From: Gemmatales bacterium
Lineage (GTDB): Bacteria; Planctomycetota; Planctomycetia; Gemmatales; HRBIN36
DNA: 64,000 bases
Reading direction: 5' to 3'
Assembly: GCA_041640595.1 (NCBI GenBank)
Contig: JBEPZY010000001.1
Span: 960,001 to 1,024,000 of the forward strand
Position 1 is the first letter of the stretch. Each line of letters begins with the position of its first letter. Of the stretch, positions 51,160 to 60,473 are shown one piece after another. The notes under the pieces are model-generated. The model was not told the origin of the DNA and searched no databases. It saw only the letters and a program-made list of their open reading frames with translations. Position numbers and translations under genes: made by a program.

Positions 51160-52836
51160 TCAGGGCTTACCCAGGTGTTTGAGAAGCTCGACAACTTTGT
51201 CCTCCTCCGGTTCCCACCAGGCGGTGTAAAGCTGAATGTGGTCACGGGTAGCGTCGTAGAGTTTCAGAGCAGCCTCCACACCACCGTAACGACTGGCCAC
51301 GCCCAGTTGACAACCGACCAGACATTTTGGATTCGCCTTGTGTATTGCTTTCTGGAGTTGCTGCAGATGCTGGGTGATGCGTCGAAACCGCTCAGGATCC
51401 AGCTGCCAGTCCTGGCATTGCAGAATGTAGGCATCGCAAAAAGTGGCTACCTGGGCTGCATAGTCCACATCGAAGTTTTTCTCTAACGGTTTATAGATTG
51501 GGGTCATGCCTAGTTTGAGCTTACGCGTGTCGCACCACTGGCGTAATGCCTTGGCGGCTGCTAGGGGATCATCTTTTTCCTTTTGGGGAGTGTGGGGCCA
51601 ATAAGGTTCCGGATCATACCACAACCAGCAGGCGGAGGATGGCAGTTTTGCCTCCCCTCTAAGGAAAAGTTCGGCAGAAGGAGTAACAATCTCCGGCTGC
51701 CCGCGTTTGACCTTGCGGAAGATGGCTTCGACTTTGGTTGGATCTTTGAGGTCTTGCGGGCCGGGCATACAAACGTGCAAATCCCGATCTGACCCCAGCT
51801 GGTTGTTCCAGGTTTCAATGAGTTTATCGCAGTTACGATAAGCAGGTATGACCAGCACAAACGGGGTCTTGCGAGGTGCTCGGACCGGAGGTTTTGTCTG
51901 ATCCGATCCAACGGCGTGTTGGTCAGACGGCTTTTCGCTCTGTTTTCTCGGAGCCTGTTTGAGGAATTTCGCCAGGAAAGTGAGCGTAACATCAATAGCT
52001 TTTTCCTGGTCCTCGCCGCGGAAGCCATGCCCCGCTCCTTCAAAAATGACCAGCTGGTTGGGCACACCACAAGCGTCGAGGCGCTCGTGCAGCCACTTGG
52101 CTTGTTCCACCGGGACATGCTCATCTTTCGTGCCGATCAGCGTCAGCACGGGTGCACTATTAGGGGTGATCCAGTAAAGAGGACTGGAACGAATATATTG
52201 CTGGCGATGCGTTTGAAGTGGACCGCCTAGAAAAGGAACCAGAACCGGCTCGGATTTGCTTTTGCCCTGAATGCGTGTGAAATCGGATGGCCCAAACGCA
52301 TTCACCGCACAGCTAATGCGAGTGGAAAAGTTAGGATTGCCGCCCGTACCTTCGAAGTCCTTGACGTCGGCTGTTGCAGCCAGGAATACCGCCAGGTGCC
52401 CGCCCGCCGAGGTGCCCATCGCAGCAATGCGGTCGGAATCAAAATTGTATTTTTTCGCGTTGGCCCGAATCCAGCGGACAGCCGCCTTGCAATCTTCGAC
52501 GCAAGCAGGAAATTGGTACTTCGGTGCCAGCCGATACTGGATGGTCGCTGCTGCATATCCTTCCACTGCCAGACGCACGCACATCCAGCGCATAGTTTCC
52601 CGATGTCCCCCAACAAATCCACCGCCGTGAATGCAAATAACCACCGGAAAAGGCCCGCCTTTCTCAGGACGGTAAAGGTCGAGCTTGAGATGTTGATTGT
52701 CCGGATTAGCAAATTCGATGTCCTGCTCTTGCACGATTCCTGGCGGCAACGGTGGTTGTTGCGGATGAGCAACTGATACCATCACGCCTACGCATACGAT
52801 CACGATCCGCATCATCGCACTTATTTGTCTCAGCAT
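51160..52836 (-). CDS. secreted alpha/beta hydrolase (acetyl esterase-like) fused to an unrecognised C-terminal domain
   Basis: signal peptide; IHGGGF, QYRLAP, GTSAGGH, GTKD, GAGHGF; ~240 extra C-terminal residues. Confidence 0.82.
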   Translation of the reverse strand: MLRQISAMMRIVIVCVGVMVSVAHPQQPPLPPGIVQEQDIEFANPDNQHLKLDLYRPEKGGPFPVVICIHGGGFVGGHRETMRWMCVRLAVEGYAAATIQYRLAPKYQFPACVEDCKAAVRWIRANAKKYNFDSDRIAAMGTSAGGHLAVFLAATADVKDFEGTGGNPNFSTRISCAVNAFGPSDFTRIQGKSKSEPVLVPFLGGPLQTHRQQYIRSSPLYWITPNSAPVLTLIGTKDEHVPVEQAKWLHERLDACGVPNQLVIFEGAGHGFRGEDQEKAIDVTLTFLAKFLKQAPRKQSEKPSDQHAVGSDQTKPPVRAPRKTPFVLVIPAYRNCDKLIETWNNQLGSDRDLHVCMPGPQDLKDPTKVEAIFRKVKRGQPEIVTPSAELFLRGEAKLPSSACWLWYDPEPYWPHTPQKEKDDPLAAAKALRQWCDTRKLKLGMTPIYKPLEKNFDVDYAAQVATFCDAYILQCQDWQLDPERFRRITQHLQQLQKAIHKANPKCLVGCQLGVASRYGGVEAALKLYDATRDHIQLYTAWWEPEEDKVVELLKHLGKP

Positions 52837-53191
52837 GTCGAAATGTCTCCGGTAACCAATGGTGGGCTTTCCCCGACTTGAATCTCATGTTATTTAAACA
52901 CCGATCTCCGCCCCAGGTTTCGGTCGCCTTAGCGGCGTGCTGTCCGTTTTGAGTGATGCTATAGGCACGCATTGAAAATGGCATCCTCGTTGCCGTAGCA
53001 ACGGTCTAACAGAAAAGTCCAGTACCTTCGGTTGTTACCCCTTGCTACATCCTGACTTATCCTGGCTGTGGTTCAACTACCTCTTAGCTCTTTGGTCATT
53101 TTGATTTTCCCTGACACTGGCACTACGGAACTGAGAGTTATAGAAGGCGAGTGGCGGGGCCAGCTTAAGCTCGTGCTCCGTTTTGCCCGTG

Positions 53192-54217
53192 CTACTGGGT
53201 GGACTTGAGGGCGTTTGCGATCCGTTCCTGAGATGGCAGGCGAATGTCCCAGGCTAGATGCAACCAGCCCAGTAAACGGATCACGTAGTAACTGACATCC
53301 AGTTGCCACCAGCGCAAACCGTGACGTGCGGAGGTCGGGAAAGCATGATGCGTCGCGTGCCAGCCTTCGCCTAGTGCCAGAACACCGAAGACTGGATTGT
53401 CGCGGCTCTGATCGTCGGTGCGAAACGGCTGCCAGCCCCACAGATGACAGGCAGAATTCACGCTCCAGGTTACGTGATGCACCAGAAACACCCGCACCAA
53501 TCCTCCCCAGACAAAACCGGTAACTGCACCTTGCCAGTTGCCCTGCACCAATCCGCCAATGAGGGCCGGCAGAGCCAGTCCTAACACTGCCCAGACCAAA
53601 AACAGCTTGCTGATCCAGCGAAGGGTCGTGCTCTTATACAAATCCTTGACATAGTCCTGCCAACCTGCCGGTTCGGGAAGAAACAACCAACCCATGTGGG
53701 CGTGCCATATACCCTTGAGCAGTCCCCAGAAACCGGAACCGTGATGGTGGGGCGTGTGTGGGTCAAGTGGCGTGTCGCTATGCTGATGGTGTCGGCGGTG
53801 CATGGCCACCCATTTCAACAACGGGCCTTCCAGTGCCATGGAACCCAGGATGGCCAGGATCGCTTTCAGCCACATGTACGTCTCAAAACTGCGGTGTGTA
53901 AACAAGCGATGGTAGCCGACAGTGATACCCAGGGCCGTCAGCAGGTACATGCTCACCAGCAGGATCAAATCGAGCCAGTAAAATCCCCAGCCCCAGACCA
54001 GAAACGGTACTGCTATGATGCCCAGCAGCGGCACGACAATCACCAACAAGGTCGCCAGCTGCATGCCAAGCGGCGGCTTGTGGGGCAACCCTCCAGCGGC
54101 TGTGCTGCTGGTTACAGCCTCTGTTCTTACGGCATCAAAGGGAGAACCTTCGTGCCTCAGGCCACTCTCGTGTTGCTGTTCCGATGCGTATGCCAAGTTT
54201 GACACTCCGGCGAGCAC
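53192..54217 (-). CDS. acyl-CoA/acyl-lipid delta-9 fatty acid desaturase
   Basis: His boxes GYHRLFTH, HRRHH, GEGWHATHH; start uncertain. Confidence 0.92.
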   Translation of the reverse strand: MLAGVSNLAYASEQQHESGLRHEGSPFDAVRTEAVTSSTAAGGLPHKPPLGMQLATLLVIVVPLLGIIAVPFLVWGWGFYWLDLILLVSMYLLTALGITVGYHRLFTHRSFETYMWLKAILAILGSMALEGPLLKWVAMHRRHHQHSDTPLDPHTPHHHGSGFWGLLKGIWHAHMGWLFLPEPAGWQDYVKDLYKSTTLRWISKLFLVWAVLGLALPALIGGLVQGNWQGAVTGFVWGGLVRVFLVHHVTWSVNSACHLWGWQPFRTDDQSRDNPVFGVLALGEGWHATHHAFPTSARHGLRWWQLDVSYYVIRLLGWLHLAWDIRLPSQERIANALKSTQ

Positions 54218-54304
54218 TCATTCCGATTGCAATCTACGCCGCCTGTTTGGGAAAATGAAAAGTTGATGTTACAGAACAACGATAGCCCAATTTTTGTGTC
54301 GTGG

Positions 54305-54547
54305 TCAGGCAGATTGTAAGATTCGCTGGACATCTTCGGGAGTGAGGCGGTGTTGCGGTTTGCCGAGGCGGAGCACCAGCCAGTTGCGGACGGCTCGGCT
54401 ATAAGGCCAGGTGCCTTCCCGCAACAAAGCCAGCATTCGGGCATCGCGGCGAGCGCGTTCCCGATATTTGCGAGGGGCGTTACGACTACGCGATTCCTTC
54501 ATGTCCATTTTGCGAAGAACGAAACGTTTACCGCGTTTGCCGACCAT
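54305..54547 (-). CDS. small basic hypothetical protein
   Basis: 80 aa, Arg/Lys-rich, GGAG RBS upstream, fills the gap between co-oriented genes. Confidence 0.65.
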   Translation of the reverse strand: MVGKRGKRFVLRKMDMKESRSRNAPRKYRERARRDARMLALLREGTWPYSRAVRNWLVLRLGKPQHRLTPEDVQRILQSA

Positions 54548-54766
54548 AATTTTGCTCCGTGCTTGCTCAGGTTATTGATGCTCTCGCGTTCTCCTAATCC
54601 AGCAAAATCGCTCCCTATCAGAGAGCGATGCTTCGCCGGTCGGTAATGTCATATTCGGTTGCCGGTGCACCAGTGTGTTTCACGGCGCGATGCCCGCAAC
54701 TTACTAAGTCTCCCACACCGTGCAGGGTCGAAGAGCCTCAGACCGGAGCACCCGACACGGTTCAAA

Positions 54767-55291
54767 TCATTCTCGCCGGGCGTCAAGCCTGTTCAATTCC
54801 TGCCGGGCCAGCTGGGCGACAGGAGAATTTTCTCCCGCTTCACGAATGGCCTGCATTAGCAAAGAACGGGCCAGGTCCGGGCGATGCTCGGCGAGGATGC
54901 GTGCCAGTTCCACGGTCCGCATACCGGGAGCCTCGCGGAAGGTAACGCGCTCGGCATCACGCCAAGCACGCAATTCCTCGGCAGTAATTCGCGGATAGGT
55001 ACCGCCCGAATAAGCTGGCACCGGTGCAGCCAACGGTGGAACATAACCTGCCCGGTGTAACTGTTGCCAGTAAGCTGTTTGGGCCTGCTGGATAGCCAAT
55101 CCGGGAACCATCGGATAGAAGGGATTCTGCCAGGCCGTTTGCAAAGCCAGATTGTACTGCAACCGCCACATCACCCGTTGATGATCCAGCACGCGATCGC
55201 GGAAATCCCGTGCACCGACCTGTGCCTGAGCAGTAAGCGTGCTCGTCAGCAAGACCACCGCGACCATTCCCATCCGCCAGTTCATGTTCAT
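54767..55291 (-). CDS. secreted hypothetical protein
   Basis: signal peptide ending AQA; GGAG RBS; helical C-terminus. Confidence 0.65.
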   Translation of the reverse strand: MNMNWRMGMVAVVLLTSTLTAQAQVGARDFRDRVLDHQRVMWRLQYNLALQTAWQNPFYPMVPGLAIQQAQTAYWQQLHRAGYVPPLAAPVPAYSGGTYPRITAEELRAWRDAERVTFREAPGMRTVELARILAEHRPDLARSLLMQAIREAGENSPVAQLARQELNRLDARRE

Positions 55292-55361
55292 TCTCCATGC
55301 GAGGTCGGGCGAACTTGGTGAGATTCTTCGTCTGGTTATTGTATCCGCAAACCTGGAGAGG

Positions 55362-56507
55362 TCATGCTAAGCCCAGACCGCGGAGAAACGCCTGCTGCAG
55401 AACTTCCAGTGGTTCCAGCCCCACCGAAATTCGCAACAGCCCGGGAGTAATACCTTCGCGTTGCTTTTCCTCTGCCGGAGCATAGCGATGAGAAGTGGAG
55501 TCTGGGTGCGTGCAAATCGTTCGGACATCGCCCAACGATGGGGCCAGGACGATGACTTGCTGTCGGCGAAGAAACTGATTAATTGCCTGGCGTCCGCCGC
55601 TTAGTTCCACACTCAGCATGTTACCGTACTGCTCCCGGAAAAGCTCGCGGGCCAGAACATGGTCAGGATGATCGGTACGCCCTGGGTAAATGACGCGCGA
55701 GATACCCGGAAGCTGGGCGAGCCAATCGGCCAGCCTCGCCGCTGTCGCCGATGCCTGCTGCATCCGCATCGTAAGGGTCTGCAAGCCCTGCCAGGCCAAC
55801 CAGCAATCGAAAGCGTTTCCCGTCCAGCCCCAGATGCTGCAGGTGCGGCGGAAACGATCGTGCCAATCCGATTCCATGCCGATGACCGCACCGAGGGTCA
55901 CCTGACTATGGCCGCCGATCATTTTCGTCAGACTTTCCACAACCAGATCGGCTCCCAGTTCCAGCGGTCGGCAAAGGGCAGGAGTGGCGAATGTGTTATC
56001 TACAATCAGACGGCAATCGTGTTGCCTGCACCATCGCACCAGCCGAAACAAATTGGCCACTCGCAAGGTCGGGTTGGACAGCGTCTCCACCAGGAACCAT
56101 TTCGGCCGCTGGGCCAGTGCCTGGACGACTGCGGATTCATCGTCGAGGTCCACCAGGCATGTTCGGATGTGCCAGCGAGGCAATTCTTCCGTAAGGAGTT
56201 GCAACGTGCGACCATATAACCGCCGGCTAGCCACGACCAGATCGCCCGCCTGCAACGTGGCGGCACAGGTCAGCGCGATCGCTGCCATGCCGGAAGCGGT
56301 AACGATGGCCCAGCGGCCATTCTCCAACCGCACCAGTTCGGCTGCCAGCCATTCGGCATTGGGATGCCCATCACGAGCGTAGATGAAACCTGGAACCTCA
56401 CGGCGATAAACTGCTTCCAGTGCGTCCAGATCCGGGAACGTATAGACGGCACTGTTGTAGATCGGCGGCAGTAGTGGTCGGCTCGGACCGAACAGCTCTT
56501 CTGGCAT
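55362..56507 (-). CDS. Cys/Met metabolism PLP enzyme (cystathionine gamma-synthase / methionine gamma-lyase family)
   Basis: YARDGHPN, SGMAAI, ETLSNP, VDNTFATP, SLTKMIGGHS, SLGDV, LRISVGLE. Confidence 0.92.
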   Translation of the reverse strand: MPEELFGPSRPLLPPIYNSAVYTFPDLDALEAVYRREVPGFIYARDGHPNAEWLAAELVRLENGRWAIVTASGMAAIALTCAATLQAGDLVVASRRLYGRTLQLLTEELPRWHIRTCLVDLDDESAVVQALAQRPKWFLVETLSNPTLRVANLFRLVRWCRQHDCRLIVDNTFATPALCRPLELGADLVVESLTKMIGGHSQVTLGAVIGMESDWHDRFRRTCSIWGWTGNAFDCWLAWQGLQTLTMRMQQASATAARLADWLAQLPGISRVIYPGRTDHPDHVLARELFREQYGNMLSVELSGGRQAINQFLRRQQVIVLAPSLGDVRTICTHPDSTSHRYAPAEEKQREGITPGLLRISVGLEPLEVLQQAFLRGLGLA

Positions 56508-56533
56508 GGTGCGTCTGGCTCACCGCGATGCAA

Positions 56534-57517
56534 TCAGTTGGTTTTGAGGACATTTTGTACGGCGAGCCACCAGGCGGCCACTTCCGGTCGCGTGTCGGTT
56601 TCCGGCAAGCCATGCTGAACAGCGCGGCGGCGGGCGTCTTCTTCGCTGAGTTTGCCCGCCAGTCGGTAATGCAGATACCACATCGCACCCGCTATCGTGC
56701 CATCACGGTCGGTCACGAAAATCGGCTGCAATGAGCGATCCGCCAGCAATTCGCTGAACCGCAGCACCAACTCGCGCTGCAACGTCTGCGGCGAAACTTC
56801 CAGGGCAACGTAGCGAAGGTTTCGCCGTTCTATCTCGTTGCGGATGGCGGTTGCGTCTTCGCCGGGAAGTTTCAGATGCAACACCGTGCGGTACCCCTTC
56901 TGCTGAAGCCAGTCCCAACCTTCCCGCTGTGGCAGCAGGCCGCTGGCCACACCTTCGTATGGAGTCTGCCAGCGGGCAATGTCCGCAGGCAAGTCGGTAG
57001 GCGAGGGCGCGGGATTTGCGCCTCCGGTAGCGTCCGGCTTGCTGGAGGTCGGGACGCGATGATCCGCCGGTTGTACCGGTTGCGGTGGGAGCATGTTAGT
57101 AGCCGGCGGACTGGCCGATCGCCAGCCCGGACTCGGTAGCGGTGCCAGGGAGGAACCGGGCGTCGCCGAACTGTCCGGTCGTGGCACCGTAGGTTGCATA
57201 CCAGAATTGGGGCTTGCCGGAGCTAAATACGAGCCATTGGCTGGCGGTGCATAATAAGTTCCGTTCGGCGGAATCCCGTTCGGCGAAACCACGGTCGGCG
57301 AACAGCATCGGCCGTTGGGAATTGCGGGATACAGAGACTGGCCTGGTGGCGGTGCCGGAACTGTTGGCTCGACGATTACCGGGGCGGCTGGCCGGGGCGG
57401 TAATCGTCCCAAGATAGGATGATTCATTCGCCAGCAGCGAACCGTTTCGCATAAGCCACAACCGCTACTGAGCAGCGTGGCCAACGCTATCCCGACCAGC
57501 CAGCTCCTGATCCGCAT
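56534..57517 (-). CDS. lipoprotein with Pro-rich linker and C-terminal PTP/DUF442(BLH)-like phosphatase-fold domain
   Basis: GGAGG RBS; LSSGC lipobox; LQQKGYRTVLHL, PIFVTDRDG..AGAMW. Confidence 0.7.
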   Translation of the reverse strand: MRIRSWLVGIALATLLSSGCGLCETVRCWRMNHPILGRLPPRPAAPVIVEPTVPAPPPGQSLYPAIPNGRCCSPTVVSPNGIPPNGTYYAPPANGSYLAPASPNSGMQPTVPRPDSSATPGSSLAPLPSPGWRSASPPATNMLPPQPVQPADHRVPTSSKPDATGGANPAPSPTDLPADIARWQTPYEGVASGLLPQREGWDWLQQKGYRTVLHLKLPGEDATAIRNEIERRNLRYVALEVSPQTLQRELVLRFSELLADRSLQPIFVTDRDGTIAGAMWYLHYRLAGKLSEEDARRRAVQHGLPETDTRPEVAAWWLAVQNVLKTN

Positions 57518-57942
57518 GATATTTCCTCCAGAGGTGGCAGCCACTTGGCTAGCGAATTATTCCCCGGTGCCGGGGCGAACCCTTCAAGGAGTAGCGGCGA
57601 CAGTTCTTCGCCTCAATCCATCTTAGCTCATAACCTCCCCAGTTGGCTAAGCAAGCGAACAGCGTCTCCCTGCCAAGAACTCCATTTGTCGGCAAACTTT
57701 GCCGGTTAGATAAAGCGGGAAACACCTGGCAGCGGGAATTGGGTGCTGGTCGTATGGCCCAGTCAGGCGTGAGAAGTGTAAGTCCCCCGCGCGTAGCTGG
57801 CGTATTCCGACGCAGCAATGGCCACGACTGTCCGCGTGTGCTACCCTAAGAAAATCCCAGCGCGACGAATCCTCCCGTATCGGCGGGCGCAATCCTGCAA
57901 CCTGTCCGCCCGCAGACTATACCTTTGCGAGGCTGTCCAACT

Positions 57943-59187
57943 ATGCCAGAGCACAACGCCAACGACCCCTGGTTCCAATCGCTTTTCGCCGAGCGCATTG
58001 GCGGAGCGAATTACGGCAAGGGTACAGCCATTTACAAGTTTGAAAAGATCAAGCGGGCCAAGCGGGCCGCCCTGGCTGCTCATCCCGAACGCAAACTCCT
58101 GGACTTCGGCATCGGCGAAAACGACGACATGGCCGACCCGGTAGTCCGCGACGCCCTCAAACGCGAAGTGGATCGCCTGGAGAATCGCGGCTATGCGGAT
58201 AACGGCATTCAGGAATTCAAAGACGCTGCCGCTGCTTTTATGAAGCGAGTCTTCGGCGTGGACATTGACCCGGTGCGGGAAGTTAACCATTGCATCGGTT
58301 CCAAGCCCGCGCTGGCCATGTTACCGGCCTGTTTCATCAATCCCGGCGACATCACCATCATGACCGTGCCAGGCTACCCCGTAGCGGGAACGCATACCCG
58401 CTACTACGGCGGCCAGGTGTACAATCTGCCGTTGCTCGAAGAAAACGGATTTCTGCCCGACCTGAACAGCATTCCACCGGCGGTACGCAAGCGGGCCAAG
58501 TTGCTGGTGCTGAACTATCCAAACAGTCCGACGGGGGCGGTGGCCAATCGCGACTTTTACCGTGAGGTCATTGAGTTCGCCCTGCGGAATCAAATCGTGG
58601 TCATTCAGGACGCCGCACATATCCTGCTGACGTATGACGGTCCGCCCTTCAGTTTCCTGCAGGTCGAAGGAGCCAAAGAGGTCGGCGTCGAGGTGCATTC
58701 GCTTTCCAAAGGGCACAACATGATCGGCTGGCGAATGGGTTTCGTGGTGGGCCACCCGAAAATTGTCCAGGCCTTTGCCGATGTCAAAGACAATTGCGAT
58801 TCCGGCCAATTCATGGCCATCCAGCACGCCGCTTGCGTTGCCTTGAACCATGATGAGATCTGGCAGCGTACCCGGCAAAAGTATCGTCGCCGTCTGCAAA
58901 AACTTGTGGACGCACTCAACCGCGTCGGCTTCCGTGCCCGCATGCCTGGAGGTACCTATTTCCTTTACGTCCGGGCACCGCGTCGCGCTGCCGGTCGCTC
59001 TTTCGAGACCGCTGAGGAATTTGCCCATTTCCTGATTACCGAACATTCCGTCTGCTGCGTTCCCTGGGACGATGCCGGGCCTTATTTGCGTTTCAGCGTC
59101 ACCTACCAGGCCCGCGATGAACAGGAAGAAGACGCCCTCATGCAAGAAACCGTCGCCCGCCTGCAACGCCTCGACCTGCAATTCTAA
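57943..59187 (+). CDS. dapL: LL-diaminopimelate aminotransferase
   Basis: YKFEKIKRAK, DFGIGE, IGSKPAL, LNYPNSPTG, SLSKGHNMIGWR, DSGQF; ATG 57943. Confidence 0.82.
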   Translation: MPEHNANDPWFQSLFAERIGGANYGKGTAIYKFEKIKRAKRAALAAHPERKLLDFGIGENDDMADPVVRDALKREVDRLENRGYADNGIQEFKDAAAAFMKRVFGVDIDPVREVNHCIGSKPALAMLPACFINPGDITIMTVPGYPVAGTHTRYYGGQVYNLPLLEENGFLPDLNSIPPAVRKRAKLLVLNYPNSPTGAVANRDFYREVIEFALRNQIVVIQDAAHILLTYDGPPFSFLQVEGAKEVGVEVHSLSKGHNMIGWRMGFVVGHPKIVQAFADVKDNCDSGQFMAIQHAACVALNHDEIWQRTRQKYRRRLQKLVDALNRVGFRARMPGGTYFLYVRAPRRAAGRSFETAEEFAHFLITEHSVCCVPWDDAGPYLRFSVTYQARDEQEEDALMQETVARLQRLDLQF

Positions 59188-59280
59188 AGCCTAAGCCAGC
59201 AGCTTGTGCGACAGTCATGGCCCTAAAATGGGGTAACGTTTTCCTAACCGGCGAACTAACAATTCCCACTTCCCTCTTCG

Positions 59281-59616
59281 CAGTCAGGACACCGCTTCGA
59301 CAGTTCGTTTGGAGACGGCCACATTGGATTCTTGCGGAATTCAACGGGTACGGATGTGCTGGCCATGTTAGCCATTCGCGACGACGGGCGTACTTTCCAG
59401 CTACCGTAGGCCAGGACGGTCCGTGCCAGATGCCAACCGGGGCCGGCTCCGGGGAGTTGGCCGAGCGTGTATTCATTCCGCAGTCGGCATCCTGGTGGGA
59501 CACAATTCGTGATGGCGGATTCGAGTATTCGCTTTGTTCGAGCCTCGATTGATTTGAACATCTACCGGGCGGCAGCCACCAAACGGGGCGGCGAATCGTT
59601 GCAGCTGCCGAATTAG
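59281..59616 (+). pseudogene. two tandem orphan C-terminal fragments of DUF1559 (H-X9-DG) prepilin-like proteins
   Basis: same frame: ...FGDGHIGFLRNSTGTDVLAMLAIRDDGRTFQLP* (stop 59407-59409) then ...WPSVYSFRSRHPGGTQFVMADSSIRFVRASIDLNIYRAAATKRGGESLQLPN* (stop 59614-59616); no N-terminal prepilin part. Confidence 0.75.
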
Positions 59617-60014
59617 GCTCCCTCAGCCGCGGATTGTGCCTCTTTGCAGCGTCTGCGACTGGAGAGTGACGTCTGGGACGGCTGGGTAGTCTTTACCCAG
59701 CGTAGCATAGCGCGCTTGAGAAACGCGGGTGAGCGTCGCCAGCCGACCACTGCTGCGCGGTCGCCTGAGCGATAGGGTTATTACTTTGGCGGCGGGTCAG
59801 TCCTGCCGCCATTGTTTTTCCTTGCCACATTGCATTTGCATTGTGTGCTGATAGCGGATGCTGCTGCCGGATTAAGGACGGATGCGGCAATGCTACCCGG
59901 CGTCAAACGTTGTCTGGTAGCGCACGCCCGAACGGATGCGTTCCTCGGCCAGGACTATCGGCCCGATGCGGTTGGCGTTACAATAGCCGCGGATGCACAC
60001 AGCGAGGAAGAGCC

Positions 60015-60473
60015 ATGAAGTGTCCATTCTGTCGGCGGGGCAATTTTGCAGTAACCGACACGCGGACGTGCAATGGCGGATTTCCGATCCGGCGAAGGCG
60101 GCGATGTTCGCGCTGCGGTCGGCGGGTCTGGTCGGTGGAGACGATGGAGGAAAATCCCCTGCACGTCATCAAAAAAGACCAGAGCCGCGAACCCTTCGAC
60201 CGCACGAAAATCCTGCGTGGTCTGGAAAAGGCCTGTTACAAACGGCCCGTGAGCCAGGAACAACTCGAACAGGTGGTGCATCAGGTCGAAGAGGAAATCT
60301 ATCGGCGTTTCGAGCGGGAAGTGCCCTCGCAAGTGATTGGCGAACTGGTGATGAAGTACCTGCGGGCGCTGGATCAGGTGGCCTATATCCGTTTCGCTTC
60401 CGTGTATCGCGAGTTCAAGGACGTAAGTGATTTCGTGCAGGAAGTGCAACCGATGTTGAGCCGCAAGCGATGA
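60015..60473 (+). CDS. nrdR: transcriptional repressor NrdR
   Basis: MKCPFC, IRRRRRC..C, VIKKD..REPFDR.K ATP cone, LDQVAYIRFASVYR. Confidence 0.95.
   Translation: MKCPFCRRGNFAVTDTRTCNGGFPIRRRRRCSRCGRRVWSVETMEENPLHVIKKDQSREPFDRTKILRGLEKACYKRPVSQEQLEQVVHQVEEEIYRRFEREVPSQVIGELVMKYLRALDQVAYIRFASVYREFKDVSDFVQEVQPMLSRKR

Noticed and set aside
49720..53190. Integrative element bounded by a tRNA-Asn att duplication
   Set aside because: No integrase and no second copy of the tRNA 3' end detected by eye
57545..57942. Lysine riboswitch upstream of dapL
   Set aside because: No AGAGG(T/C)GC start or recognisable multi-stem consensus seen
59620..60014. Cobalamin riboswitch or NrdR box upstream of nrdR
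   Set aside because: No B12-box/GGGAA motifs and no ACAC(A/T)ATAT palindrome found
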